In this document: piece after piece, positions 47,481 to 57,444 of the stretch | How the letters are laid out: each line of letters begins with the position of its first letter | Position numbering within the stretch: the stretch's first letter is position 1 | DNA from: Candidatus Thermosaccharophagus tengchongensis | GTDB taxonomy: Bacteria; Armatimonadota; Fervidibacteria; Fervidibacterales; Thermosaccharophagaceae | NCBI GenBank assembly: GCA_032161105.1 | Contig: JAVHTD010000002.1 | Length of the DNA stretch: 64,000 nt | Strand: one strand, 5' to 3' | Program-made: the position numbers and the translations under genes | Notes under the pieces: model-generated | Database searches by the model: none | Told to the model about the DNA's origin: nothing | What the model saw: the letters and a program-made list of their open reading frames with translations, nothing else

Positions 47481-50400
47481 ATGCTCTCATGGTGCATGAT
47501 ATTCCTCGCTGCGCTTCCACACGAAGTTCTTGAGAGCGCGCGATTGAAGGTCACCGTTGAAACAAGCGGTGTGTTCTCCGTTCTTGATAAGCGTGCGGGA
47601 ATCACTTGGCAGAGCGCACAGCACATCGCACCATTTCAAAAGGTGCAAATGCTTCCCAGAGATAAGCTTGTCCTCCATACTGATGCGCGCCAGAGAGATG
47701 GTAAGACCTTCCCTGTGCAAGTTGCAATGTGGCTTGAGGACGATGAGTTGGTAGTTGAGGTCAGCACTGATAGCTACGAACGGAAGGTTGGGCTGTTTAC
47801 AGCACTGCCTCCATTGTTGCCGTTGAACACTGACTGCGAGTTGCTTTTGCCTTTGTATGGAAACGGCATTGCTGCGTCGGTCGTGGGGAAGGAGTTTCGC
47901 GGTTGGAACTTTACCACCTTTGGTTCGTTGGACATGCCTTGGGTCGGCATCAGCAATGGCAAGGTGGGCTATCTGCTGCTGTGGGATGGGAGAAGCGCTG
48001 ACGATGGCAGTTGCATCATTGAGGCAGTGAAAACTGTGCAGGGTGAATTGCTCACGCCATCTGCCTACCACAACCCAACAATGCAAACTTTTGGATACCC
48101 TCGCCGCATCCGATATATCTTCGTTGCCGAGGGTGGTTATGTTGCCCTGTGCAAGCGCTACCGAGAGTATGCAAAGCGCAACGGGCTTTTGGTTACGCTC
48201 ATTGAAAAAGCAAAGCGCAAACCCGCCGTCAAGTTGCTCGCTGGCGCTCCCGATGTCTGGGGTGGTAATCCACAATTCGCACGAGAAGCTAAAGCCGCTG
48301 GCATTGACAGGTTGCTTATCAACGGAGTTTGGGCAGCACAGGAGATGGAAACCATTAAAGCGATGGGTTACTTAAACAGCCGATACGACAACTACGAAGA
48401 CCTTTACACTTGTTGCCCCAACCACAGTCAGCCATACAACATTGGCACGATTGAAGATTGCGTCTTGCGAGCCGATGGCAACCGTCAAGTTGGTTGGGTT
48501 ACATGGGACAAAAAGCACACCGCGCACAAGCGCTGTTCGCTTTTGCAACTTGATGTCGCACGAAAATACATCACCGAGCAACTCAAGCGCCATCCGCACA
48601 ACGCTTGGTTTCTGGATGTTACGACGGCAACTTGGCTAATTGAGTGCTACGATCAAAAGCACTCGCACGATAGGACGCAAGACAAGGAAGCGAAGCGCAA
48701 GCTGGCAAAGTTTGTCGGCGAAGAACTCGGTTTGGTGCTCGGTGGCGAGCACGGTCGTTGGTGGGGAGTTGACATTTACGATTACTGGGAAGGCATGATG
48801 AGCATCAACCCGTTTTTCACTTGGCCTGCAGGGCACTTGCGTCCGCCAGAGAAGCGTGAGGAAATTGGAGAACGCTACCTTGAATGGGGTTTGGGACATA
48901 GGCGGAGATTGCCGCTTTGGGAACTCGTCTTCCACGACTGCGTCGTCAGTTACTGGTATTGGGGAGATAGCACCGATTTCCTTTACCGAGTTGCACCTGA
49001 ACTCAGCGACAAGAAAGACGCCTTCAACATCCTTTACGGAACACCGCCGATGTTTTGGGTCAACAGGCTGGGCTTCACTTGGAGCGACCCAGAAATGCGC
49101 AAGCGGCTGCTCCAGAGTTACCGCATCGTCTGCAAACTTCACGAGCAAATCGCCTTTGATGAGATGCTCTCACATGAATGGCTTACGCCAGACCGAGATG
49201 TTCAACGGACCGTGTTTGGACGCTCTGGTTCAAAGGCGGGCACAACTGAAGTGATTGTCAACTTTGGAGAGAGACCGTTCACTCTTGTCCGAAAAGGTTC
49301 AGCGGGAGCCTCACCCTCCAAAGAACAAAAATTCGTTTTGCCGCAGTTCGGCTTTTACGCTCACGGACCGAACATTTTACAGTATCGTGCACTCGTTGAT
49401 GATAGAACTGTTACTTTTATCCGCACACCCGATTACGCCTTTTGCGATGCAAACGGCAAAACCTACGATTTCGGTTTGTGTGCAACGGACGGGCAAGTAA
49501 CGCTCAGGCTTGATGGCAAAGAGCAAATTCGCGTCATTGTTGAGGCGGGTGTGACGGAGATCATTTTGCGACCGAGACAGTTTGCAGAGGGGTTTGATCT
49601 CGCAACGGCGAAACTGATGGAATTGGACGAGCAGGGTAACCCAAGAGCGGTAGGACAGTTTTCTCGTGTTGGCGATGCTCTTCGCTTTGGCGTTCCGAAG
49701 GAAGGCGCGATTTACGGGATTGTTTGGGGCTCAAAAGCAAAGCAGCCAAACTTTACGGTTGGTAGTGTCAACTTATCGCCGAAGCAAATCAAACAGGGAC
49801 AGCAAGTTAAAGTCAGCGTCCAAGTGATCAACAATGGCGGTGCTGATGGTAGGGTGAGGGCTTCGCTTTACCTTGACAAAGTCTCGTCCGATTGTTTGCT
49901 CGGTTCGCAAACGGTCAGCATCAAAGCGGATGGGCGGCAAACAGCTTCTTTCACAATTATGACGGATGCAATTGACGGTGAACACCTGCTCATCGTTCAA
50001 CTTGAATCAGTGCAACCAAAAGTTGAGCTGATTGCTACTGATAACATCGCTCAAGTGCCTTTCGCTGTCCAACCCGATTACGCTCTTTGGCAGTTCAGCG
50101 CCGATATAACTGTCAACGCTGGCGGGATAAGGCGGTTGGACGAGCCTGTGTCGTTGGAAGTTGACTTGAGCAAGTTGGGAGCGATGCCGAGAAGCGCTGT
50201 CGCGGACATTGATAGCGTCCGAGTTGTGGAAATTGTGGATGGGAAACTGACAAAGGCTGTGCCAACGCATTTTGAGCCAAGTGAGCAAAACGCTCAACGA
50301 GGGACTTTGGTTTTCCTGCTAACGGGAGAAACGCCCCCAAACGCTGCCCGTCAGTTCCGAGTTTTCTGGAGTGCTGAAAAGCCCAAGCATCGGCACTTCC

Positions 50401-51101
50401 CGATGTGCTCATTGCTTCATTGGGACGATGAGACGAAAACGGTCACAACACCATTTTACCGACTCCGCTTCGGTGATGACGGCATGGTTCGTGAGTGGGT
50501 GAGTTTGATGCCCAATGCGCCAAAGCAAAGTTTCATCCGCAGCATTGGCGTCTCGTCAGCGCAGACGGGCTGGGTTGACGAAATCGGTGAAGTTGAAGCG
50601 ATAGAGTGTTTGAGCGTAAACCCAGTTTGCGTTGTCGTTAAAGTTGTCAAGCGGTTGAAGGGCGATTTTCGCGTTGTTCGCGCCTTCACCTTCTACCCGC
50701 GCCATTTCATCGTTGAGATTGAATCGGACAAACGAGGCATTAGCGAATACAGCCGAGCCTACTACTTGCTGCCGTGCAAGTTTGAAGACGACAAAGGCAA
50801 CAAAGCAATTGTGGATGGAAAGGGCGAGGGCGAAGATGTGATCGGCAGGAACCCGCAGCCCAAATGGTATGCCGTTTACTCGGACACATGGGCTCATTCG
50901 TGCATTGCGCTTTCGCCGTTCGACAACTTGACATATTGGGATGTTGAGGGCGCTCGTGGTGGAATTGCGTTTAACACCTCGCGGGTGAAAGATATACGCC
51001 TCGCTTATGTCCTCCATGAGGGTCAAAAAGATGCTTCGTTTGCCTTGTGGGATTACGAGCGCTTAACGAAGCCAGCAAGAATTGCCGTTATTTCAAGGTG
51101 A
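47481..51101 (+). CDS. Secreted GH101/GH129-like glycoside hydrolase with CARDB-type and C-terminal beta-domains
   Basis: 'LDMPWVG', 'GGYVALCKRYR', 'WFLDVTTA...ECYD..H', 'GGEHG', 'PLWELVFHD'; CARDB-like 'VINNGG...E....DN'. Confidence 0.6.
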   Translation: MLSWCMIFLAALPHEVLESARLKVTVETSGVFSVLDKRAGITWQSAQHIAPFQKVQMLPRDKLVLHTDARQRDGKTFPVQVAMWLEDDELVVEVSTDSYERKVGLFTALPPLLPLNTDCELLLPLYGNGIAASVVGKEFRGWNFTTFGSLDMPWVGISNGKVGYLLLWDGRSADDGSCIIEAVKTVQGELLTPSAYHNPTMQTFGYPRRIRYIFVAEGGYVALCKRYREYAKRNGLLVTLIEKAKRKPAVKLLAGAPDVWGGNPQFAREAKAAGIDRLLINGVWAAQEMETIKAMGYLNSRYDNYEDLYTCCPNHSQPYNIGTIEDCVLRADGNRQVGWVTWDKKHTAHKRCSLLQLDVARKYITEQLKRHPHNAWFLDVTTATWLIECYDQKHSHDRTQDKEAKRKLAKFVGEELGLVLGGEHGRWWGVDIYDYWEGMMSINPFFTWPAGHLRPPEKREEIGERYLEWGLGHRRRLPLWELVFHDCVVSYWYWGDSTDFLYRVAPELSDKKDAFNILYGTPPMFWVNRLGFTWSDPEMRKRLLQSYRIVCKLHEQIAFDEMLSHEWLTPDRDVQRTVFGRSGSKAGTTEVIVNFGERPFTLVRKGSAGASPSKEQKFVLPQFGFYAHGPNILQYRALVDDRTVTFIRTPDYAFCDANGKTYDFGLCATDGQVTLRLDGKEQIRVIVEAGVTEIILRPRQFAEGFDLATAKLMELDEQGNPRAVGQFSRVGDALRFGVPKEGAIYGIVWGSKAKQPNFTVGSVNLSPKQIKQGQQVKVSVQVINNGGADGRVRASLYLDKVSSDCLLGSQTVSIKADGRQTASFTIMTDAIDGEHLLIVQLESVQPKVELIATDNIAQVPFAVQPDYALWQFSADITVNAGGIRRLDEPVSLEVDLSKLGAMPRSAVADIDSVRVVEIVDGKLTKAVPTHFEPSEQNAQRGTLVFLLTGETPPNAARQFRVFWSAEKPKHRHFPMCSLLHWDDETKTVTTPFYRLRFGDDGMVREWVSLMPNAPKQSFIRSIGVSSAQTGWVDEIGEVEAIECLSVNPVCVVVKVVKRLKGDFRVVRAFTFYPRHFIVEIESDKRGISEYSRAYYLLPCKFEDDKGNKAIVDGKGEGEDVIGRNPQPKWYAVYSDTWAHSCIALSPFDNLTYWDVEGARGGIAFNTSRVKDIRLAYVLHEGQKDASFALWDYERLTKPARIAVISR
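49296..49319 (+). repeat. REP-like element arm sitting in-frame inside the GH gene
   Basis: ggttcagcgggagcctcaccctcc, translated as GSAGASPS. It matches a REP-type motif I recall from Planctomycetota-like genomes (not verified). Confidence 0.45.
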
Positions 51102-51289
51102 GGAAGGCGCCCGTTGTTAACTGTTGGTGACGAAAGATGAATTTGAGCGCATTGGGTGGGCGCATAATATGCGCCATCCGCATGCTGCCTTGGGAGCAGC
51201 ATATGGCATTCGTGTTGTTGATGTGGGCTCATCCAATGCGAGTGAGGTATTCGCCTGCGAATTGCAAGCTTCGGACTCAGGGCTTGTAG

Positions 51290-51937
51290 CTATGGGTTGA
51301 ATCGGTAGGTGCCGCTTTGTAGTAGTTCTCTTCGCAGTGGCTTTACATGCCCATCACAGAATGCAAAGTTGGAAAGCTCAAGGTGGCGTGTCTCGGCGAT
51401 ATTGCCCGTCGGATGAAAGTGCGCGTCATCAGTGCTCCCTATTGAGCATTGTTCCTCAACAAGCAGGATGACATTTGCTGGCTCCTCAATGTAACTTACC
51501 TGTAAGCCCCTGTGAAAGCGGTTTCCACCAATTGGATCGCTTGTTAGCGCGCCATTGATTGCGTAGCTACAGCCATGCCTACATCTGTCCGATGGGCATA
51601 TGAAGATCTGCTCGTTCTTCACATAGGGATAGATGCTCCCCTTTTGCGGTTCAAAGTTATTCGGGAAGCATTGGTTAAATTTGTTGTAGAACATCCAACC
51701 ACCATACTGTCCCTCGCCAGCTACATTGTCCCAAAAGTTGGGCAGAAAACCATCGTTGTCCTCAACATACGCCATTATGCCGAGGGCAATCTGCTTCATA
51801 TTTGATACGCATGCAGCTTGACGCCCCTTTTCTCTCGCCCTTGAGAAGACGGGAAGTAGTATTGCTGCGAGGATGGCGATGATCGTGATGACGACCAACA
51901 ACTCAATCAAGGTAAATGCAGTCTCACTTCGTCTCAT
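51290..51937 (-). CDS. Prepilin-type N-terminal cleavage/methylation, DUF1559-like protein with H-X9-DG motif
   Basis: '[25 protein letters not shown]', 'CVSNMKQI', 'FICPSD', '[15 protein letters not shown]'. Confidence 0.9.
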   Translation of the reverse strand: MRRSETAFTLIELLVVITIIAILAAILLPVFSRAREKGRQAACVSNMKQIALGIMAYVEDNDGFLPNFWDNVAGEGQYGGWMFYNKFNQCFPNNFEPQKGSIYPYVKNEQIFICPSDRCRHGCSYAINGALTSDPIGGNRFHRGLQVSYIEEPANVILLVEEQCSIGSTDDAHFHPTGNIAETRHLELSNFAFCDGHVKPLRRELLQSGTYRFNP

Positions 51938-52128
51938 CTAAAATCACCTCCATCATTTGGACGCATCATGTTCGGTTTCGTTGCAGCACCAGTTGTGTTA
52001 TACCACGAATGTGTGACGGACATAGGGGTCGGAAGTTGCGTATGGACACGCTTGCAATTTCTATCCGAGCGAGTGAAAAATTATAGATGAGACAAGTTAA
52101 GGTGAGAAAGGTTTGTTGAGTGAGGGTG

Positions 52129-52416
52129 ATGGAAGTGACTTTCATCAAGCGGCGCAAGGGTCAAACGCAACTTACATATTCCCTCGTCCTTGTGCTCGTC
52201 GCTATTGCCGCTATCATCGCTGTGATGCTTTGCGGGAGGGTGGTGCAAGGATTGCTGTCAGACATTCACTCAAAGTTCAGTTCTATTTTTCCCGGTGCGC
52301 CTACAACAGTTGAAGAGGAAGGCAAATCGTCAGAGGAGCCCGATGTGCCTCCGAAGCTCCCGCGAAAGCCTCTCCAAAAGCCGCCCGGAAAACCCCCAGT
52401 GAAGCCAAAGGAGTGA
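52129..52416 (+). CDS. Flp-type (type IVb) pilin-like protein with Pro/Lys-rich tail
   Basis: Short basic leader, 'KGQTQLTYSLVLVLVAIAAIIAV..CG', then EEE/PPK-rich tail. Confidence 0.6.
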   Translation: MEVTFIKRRKGQTQLTYSLVLVLVAIAAIIAVMLCGRVVQGLLSDIHSKFSSIFPGAPTTVEEEGKSSEEPDVPPKLPRKPLQKPPGKPPVKPKE

Positions 52417-52702
52417 GCTCATCTTAATGGATGGCAGACTCAACCCAGCATGCGAGGTTGATAAAGTTGTTGCCCTCTCCATGTAGCTTTCGTGAGTTGT
52501 GAAGAGCTAATCCACTTTAGAATCATGTGGCATCATGATTAGCCAACAGCGATTGCGTTTTGAGATTTAACCTCTGTAAGCAGACAGCGCTGTGAGGCTT
52601 TAGTCTGGGGTGTCATCAAACGGGCGGTATTGATGGCACGCCAAATTTTGAGGATGAGATGATGAACTGCTCATCGGCAAAATTGCGATGGGGGTGAGGT
52701 AA

Positions 52703-53644
52703 ATGGAGGTCATTGCCATTGGTGAATTGCTTGCTGAGATAATGCGTCCCAAAGTTGACATGCCGCTTTACCAACCATGTGAGTTCATCGGACCCTTCCC
52801 GAGTGGTGCTCCGGCGATATTCGCTGACCAAGTTGCGCGTTTGGGGCATAGCGCTGCAATCATTGGTGCTGTCGGCAACGACGATTTCGGTAAGTGCATA
52901 CTTGAGCGGCTGAGCAGTGATGGGGTCAGCACGAAACATGTGAAGGTTGTTGATGAGCTCGCAACTGGTGTGGCATTTGTTGCATACTTTGGCGACGGCA
53001 GCAGGAAGTTCATTTTCCACTTCGGCAACAGCGCTGCAGGTTGCTTGCCTGATTCAAGTGAAGTTGACCTCAGCGGGACTGAGTTTGTCCACATATGCGG
53101 ATGCACGCTGAGTGCCGGTGGTAGAATGCAACAGGAGTGCTACAACCTTGTTGAGAGGGCAAGTAGCGCCGGGGTGAAAATTTCATTTGACCCAAACTTG
53201 CGCCCGGAACTGCTCTCCGATGTGAACACGGTTAGGCGAATTTGCGAGCCAGTGCTGCGCACGGCATATGTTGTCTCCACCGGACGCCATGAAGCACTTG
53301 CAATAACCGGTGCAGATGATGAGGATGAAGCGTGCAGGAGTTTACTCAACATGGGAATTGAAGTTGTCGCCGTAAAGCTCGGTGAGCGGGGCTGCCGGAT
53401 ATACTCTCACAGTGATGTCGTTGAGGCACTGCCGTTCAAGGTTGATGCAGTTGACCCGACTGGCGCTGGTGATTGTTTTGATGCGGCTGTAGTCGTCGGA
53501 TTGATTGAGGGTATGCCGCTTGAGGATATAGCTCGCTTCGCCAATGCGTGCGGCGCACTGGCGACAACGCGCCTTGGTCCGATGGAAGGGGCATTTTGGC
53601 GTAAGGATGTTGAACGGTTTATGCGTGAAGGGACACTTGAATAA
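52703..53644 (+). CDS. PfkB family sugar kinase
   Basis: 'IGELL', 'SGAPAIFA', 'VGNDDFG', 'FDPNLR', 'DPTGAGDCF'. Confidence 0.92.
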   Translation: MEVIAIGELLAEIMRPKVDMPLYQPCEFIGPFPSGAPAIFADQVARLGHSAAIIGAVGNDDFGKCILERLSSDGVSTKHVKVVDELATGVAFVAYFGDGSRKFIFHFGNSAAGCLPDSSEVDLSGTEFVHICGCTLSAGGRMQQECYNLVERASSAGVKISFDPNLRPELLSDVNTVRRICEPVLRTAYVVSTGRHEALAITGADDEDEACRSLLNMGIEVVAVKLGERGCRIYSHSDVVEALPFKVDAVDPTGAGDCFDAAVVVGLIEGMPLEDIARFANACGALATTRLGPMEGAFWRKDVERFMREGTLE

Positions 53645-53664
53645 AACACGGGGTGATCTTTGTC

Positions 53665-54840
53665 GTGCTTGACTTTGCGCAACTCAGGCGGCAGATGAGC
53701 GAAATGGCTTTAGAGCAAGCTGCGCGCCGCGAGGACATTGCTGCAAGGTCGAAGAAGGCATCCTCAGTGCTAAAGCAGTGGGCTGTGTCTTGGGAGGAGG
53801 TGTTGAGGAAGGTTGAGGCGAGCAGGACATCGTGGCTGCTTGCAAGACCGGTGAATGTGCTTGATTTTAAAATGCATGTGGACGAACCCAAGCGCCCGCT
53901 CACTGTCTTAGCAAGCGATGGCTCTCAAATTTTTCCGGACAAGCATGAAGTGGCATTATGCTACCTGATCAACATTGGCTTGGTGGCGCTTCACTATGGC
54001 GTTGGCGAACCGCCAATGATGCGGTGCTACCCGCTGCTCTACTACCGCGAGGAAGATCTCTATGAGCGTTGGGGCGGGAGGAAAGTTCTGGTCAACCATG
54101 ACATAGCTTCAGCGAAGCGTCAGCTCCTTGAGATTGAAACGCTCGCCGACACTGCTTGTTCGCTCGGAGGGAAGCAAGATAAGGTGGCTTTAGTTGATGG
54201 CTCACTCATACTTTGGCGGTTGGAGGGGATGCCGGGTGACTTCGCTGACGGAGTCCTCAAAAGGTTTTTAGCTGCACTTGATAGGTTCAGGGAAGAGGGC
54301 ATCCCGATTGCTGGCTACATTAGCTCTCCGAGGTCAACGGATGTGGTGAACACACTTAAGGTGTGCATCTGCCCTTATGCGCAAGCCGATTGCGATAAAT
54401 GCGAGTATAGGTGTGGAGATGAAATTCCGCCATGTTCATGCATTGATGGTGTAACCGATGCGCTGGTGTTCAGGCATCTCCTTTCAAAGGGTGAGCACAC
54501 TCAGCCATTTTGTAGCTCGTCCAAGATACTTGAGCGTTACGGTGAGCACGCTGTCAGATTTGTTTACCTCAATGTTGGGTATGAGGTTGCGAGGGTTGAG
54601 GTTCCGTGCTGGATTGCAAGCGATGATGCATTGCTAAGGCTTGTCTTGGCGACGGTTTTTGAGCAAGCGCAAAAGGGCAACGGCTATCCGGTTGTGCTTT
54701 CCGAAGCGCATGAGCGTGCCGTCATTCGCAGCAATGAGCGTGAGTTCTTCTTCAGGATGCTTGAGGAGACATTCGTTCGGCACAACATTAGGGTGGGCAT
54801 GTCACTCAAGATGCTCGCAAAGCGTGCGCCGGGCATTTGA
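53665..54840 (+). CDS. nurA: NurA-family DNA double-strand-break repair nuclease (bacterial type, Cys-rich insert)
   Basis: 'ASDGSQI', 'LVDGSLI', 'ARVEVP', 'GYPVVLSEAHERAVI'; insert 'CICP...DCDKC...C...PCSC'. Confidence 0.85.
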   Translation: MLDFAQLRRQMSEMALEQAARREDIAARSKKASSVLKQWAVSWEEVLRKVEASRTSWLLARPVNVLDFKMHVDEPKRPLTVLASDGSQIFPDKHEVALCYLINIGLVALHYGVGEPPMMRCYPLLYYREEDLYERWGGRKVLVNHDIASAKRQLLEIETLADTACSLGGKQDKVALVDGSLILWRLEGMPGDFADGVLKRFLAALDRFREEGIPIAGYISSPRSTDVVNTLKVCICPYAQADCDKCEYRCGDEIPPCSCIDGVTDALVFRHLLSKGEHTQPFCSSSKILERYGEHAVRFVYLNVGYEVARVEVPCWIASDDALLRLVLATVFEQAQKGNGYPVVLSEAHERAVIRSNEREFFFRMLEETFVRHNIRVGMSLKMLAKRAPGI

Positions 54841-54870
54841 GCGGCGTCATTTACACGGGGGCGCTCAAGT

Positions 54871-57405
54871 GTGATGGATGGGTTAAGAGAAAGGGCAATT
54901 TCAATTGGGGGTGATGAACTGCGGAGCATCATTTATCGTCTCATCCTGCCAAAGGTGCAAAAGGCGGGCAGGTATATCGGCGGCGAGGTTAATTGCGTTG
55001 TCAAATGTGGCAATCCGATTTTGCGCATTGCAATCGCCTTCCCAGACCTTTACGAAGTTGGGATGTCAAGCACTGGCATGGGCATCATTTACCACACATT
55101 GAATGAACTTGGTGGAGTGCAGGCGGAAAGGGTCTTTTCACCTTGGGTTGATATGGAGGCATTGCTTCGTTCATACAACCTCCCGTTGTATGGCTTAGAG
55201 ACATTTACGCCGCTCAAGCAATTTGATGCCATTGGTTTTTCACTGGCGTATGAGTTGCACGGGACAAACATCCTCCAGATGCTTGACCTCTCTGGGATTC
55301 CGCTGCTTTCTCGCGAGCGCGGTGATGATGACCCATTGGTAATTGCTGGTGGATGCGTTGTTGTCAATCCCGAACCATTCGCCGAGTTCGTTGATGCCTT
55401 TTGCATCGGTGATGGCGAGGAGCTCGCAGCCGAGCTTGCTGAGGGGCTTATCCGAACGAAAGGCTTGCCGAGGATGAAGCGGCTTGAAAGGCTTGCATGC
55501 ATTGAGGGCGTGTATGTGCCGATGCTGCACGAGGTTGAGGAGACCGAAAGCGGCATGCTGGTAGTCAAAGGTGCTGGCAGGGAGGTGCGAATCAAGAGGC
55601 GCGTTGTTTGCGATCTGGACAGCGCGCCATTCCCGACAAAGCCGGTTGTGCCGTGGATTGAGACAGTGCATGATCGCGCAAACATTGAGGTGTTCAGGGG
55701 ATGCACGAGGGGATGCAGGTTTTGCCAAGCCGGAATGGTGACGAGACCGGTGAGGGAAAGGAGTGTTGACAAGCTTGTTGAGCAAGCGAATGCGGTGGCG
55801 GTGAACACGGGTTATGATGAAATCGGCTTGCTATCGCTTAACACATACGACTACAGCCACCTGAATGAGCTTGTGAGCGAGCTGCTGATGGGTGAGGTGC
55901 GCCTTTTCCTTTCAATGCCGTCGTCACGCATGGACTCATTCAACATTTCAATTGCGAGACTCGTGCACGAGGTCAGGAAGGGCGGACTTACATTTGCCCC
56001 AGAAGCCGGCAGCGAGCGCCTGAGGCGCGTAATCAACAAGCCAATAAGCGATGGCGAAATCTTTGAGCTGCTTAAGCAGGTCTATTCCAGCGGTTGGGAT
56101 TTGGTGAAGCTCTATTTCATGGTTGGGTTGCCGACGGAAACGGATGAGGATGTGAATGCGATCGCTGAAATGTGCAATGACATTGCGAGGATGGCGCGCT
56201 CGGTGAACAGGCGTGCGAAGTTGCATGTCTCTGTTTCCATCTTTGTTCCAAAGCCGCATACGCCGTTTCAATGGGAGAGGCAAATTGGGCTTGACGAGAG
56301 TCTGCGAAAGAGAAGCCTTTTGCTCAAGCGCATCAGAGAACGCAACTTGAGCCTGAAGATGCATGACTATCGCATGAGCTTCCTTGAGGGCGTCTTCAGC
56401 CGCGGCGATAGGCGTCTTTGCTCGGTCCTGCTTGAAGCATACTTGCGCGGGTGCAGGTTTGATGGATGGACAGAGCACCTCAACTGGGATGGGTGGATGC
56501 GCTCATTTGAAGCTGCTGGTGTTGACCCACACCGTTACCTGCGCGAGCGTTCCTTCAATGAGCCCCTGCCGTGGGAGCACATTGAGACACATTTGAACAA
56601 GCATTTCCTTTTGGAGGAGCGCCAGAGGGCGCTCAAAGGTGAAGTGACTGCAGATTGCAGGATTGGTGGGTGCAACAAGTGTGGTGTTAATACGATTGTG
56701 CCATATGCATGTGCTAAGTCAACCCAAATTTATGCGAGTGCGCCGCAGCGTGATGTGGCACACAAATTTAAGTCAGCCGTTGAGGCTGTTAGGACGCGCA
56801 AGGCGATTGAGCCAGTTCAGCGCATACGGTTGCGATGGACGAAGCTCGGTAAGCTGCGCTTCCTGTCGCATATTGAGATGGTAAGAGCGCTCTGCAGGGG
56901 CATACAGCGTGCTGGGATAAAGGTGTCATACTCTCGCGGCTTTAATCCCAAGCCGAGGTTCTCCTTTGGGTTTGCCTTGCAGGTCGGAATTGAGAGTGAG
57001 GCTGAATATGCGGATGTCTGGCTTGATGAATGGGTCTCGCCACACGAGTTTATGCGATTGTGCAATGAGCATCTTCCAGATGGGTGTAGCGTGCTTGAAG
57101 CTATAACTGTGCCTCTGAATGCCCCGCCGTTTGCACCATTCATTGCCGTATCGGTTTATGAAGCATTTGAGCCATCCGCTTTTGACTGCGCCACCTCGCG
57201 CCTCCCATGCTGTGCTCCCATCTTGCGCTTTGAACTCCCAGAGGGACAGCACGATCGCGTTCGCCCGCTTGATTACCTCAAAGCCGCACTCAAGCTCACC
57301 GATGAGGAGGCGCTCCAAATCAGGATAATCAAGCGAGCCACACTTTGCAGGGTTAATAACATGCTCCTATCGCCGATGGCTCTCCTCAAGTCAGTTAATC
57401 ATTAG
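54871..57405 (+). CDS. TIGR03960-type radical SAM protein fused to a TIGR03936/DUF2344-like C-terminal domain
   Basis: 'RYIGGE', 'FPDLYEVGMS', CxxxCxxC 'GCTRGCRFC', 'APEAGSERLR..INK', 'FVPKPHTPFQW'; tail 'RFLSH...YSRGFNPKPRFSF..AL.VG..S..EY'. Confidence 0.9.
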   Translation: MMDGLRERAISIGGDELRSIIYRLILPKVQKAGRYIGGEVNCVVKCGNPILRIAIAFPDLYEVGMSSTGMGIIYHTLNELGGVQAERVFSPWVDMEALLRSYNLPLYGLETFTPLKQFDAIGFSLAYELHGTNILQMLDLSGIPLLSRERGDDDPLVIAGGCVVVNPEPFAEFVDAFCIGDGEELAAELAEGLIRTKGLPRMKRLERLACIEGVYVPMLHEVEETESGMLVVKGAGREVRIKRRVVCDLDSAPFPTKPVVPWIETVHDRANIEVFRGCTRGCRFCQAGMVTRPVRERSVDKLVEQANAVAVNTGYDEIGLLSLNTYDYSHLNELVSELLMGEVRLFLSMPSSRMDSFNISIARLVHEVRKGGLTFAPEAGSERLRRVINKPISDGEIFELLKQVYSSGWDLVKLYFMVGLPTETDEDVNAIAEMCNDIARMARSVNRRAKLHVSVSIFVPKPHTPFQWERQIGLDESLRKRSLLLKRIRERNLSLKMHDYRMSFLEGVFSRGDRRLCSVLLEAYLRGCRFDGWTEHLNWDGWMRSFEAAGVDPHRYLRERSFNEPLPWEHIETHLNKHFLLEERQRALKGEVTADCRIGGCNKCGVNTIVPYACAKSTQIYASAPQRDVAHKFKSAVEAVRTRKAIEPVQRIRLRWTKLGKLRFLSHIEMVRALCRGIQRAGIKVSYSRGFNPKPRFSFGFALQVGIESEAEYADVWLDEWVSPHEFMRLCNEHLPDGCSVLEAITVPLNAPPFAPFIAVSVYEAFEPSAFDCATSRLPCCAPILRFELPEGQHDRVRPLDYLKAALKLTDEEALQIRIIKRATLCRVNNMLLSPMALLKSVNH

Positions 57406-57444
57406 ACTTATTGTGCCATATCTTTTTGCTCTGACGCTGCTACC
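57406..57444 (+). repeat. Left terminal inverted repeat
   Basis: acttattgtgccatatctttttgctctgacgctgctacc; its reverse complement matches 61244-61282 at 35/39 positions. Confidence 0.9.

Noticed and set aside
51157..51205. ggcgcataatatgcgcc as a chromosomal dif site
   Set aside because: Resembles the XerC arm only, with no XerD arm; more likely hairpins between convergent genes.
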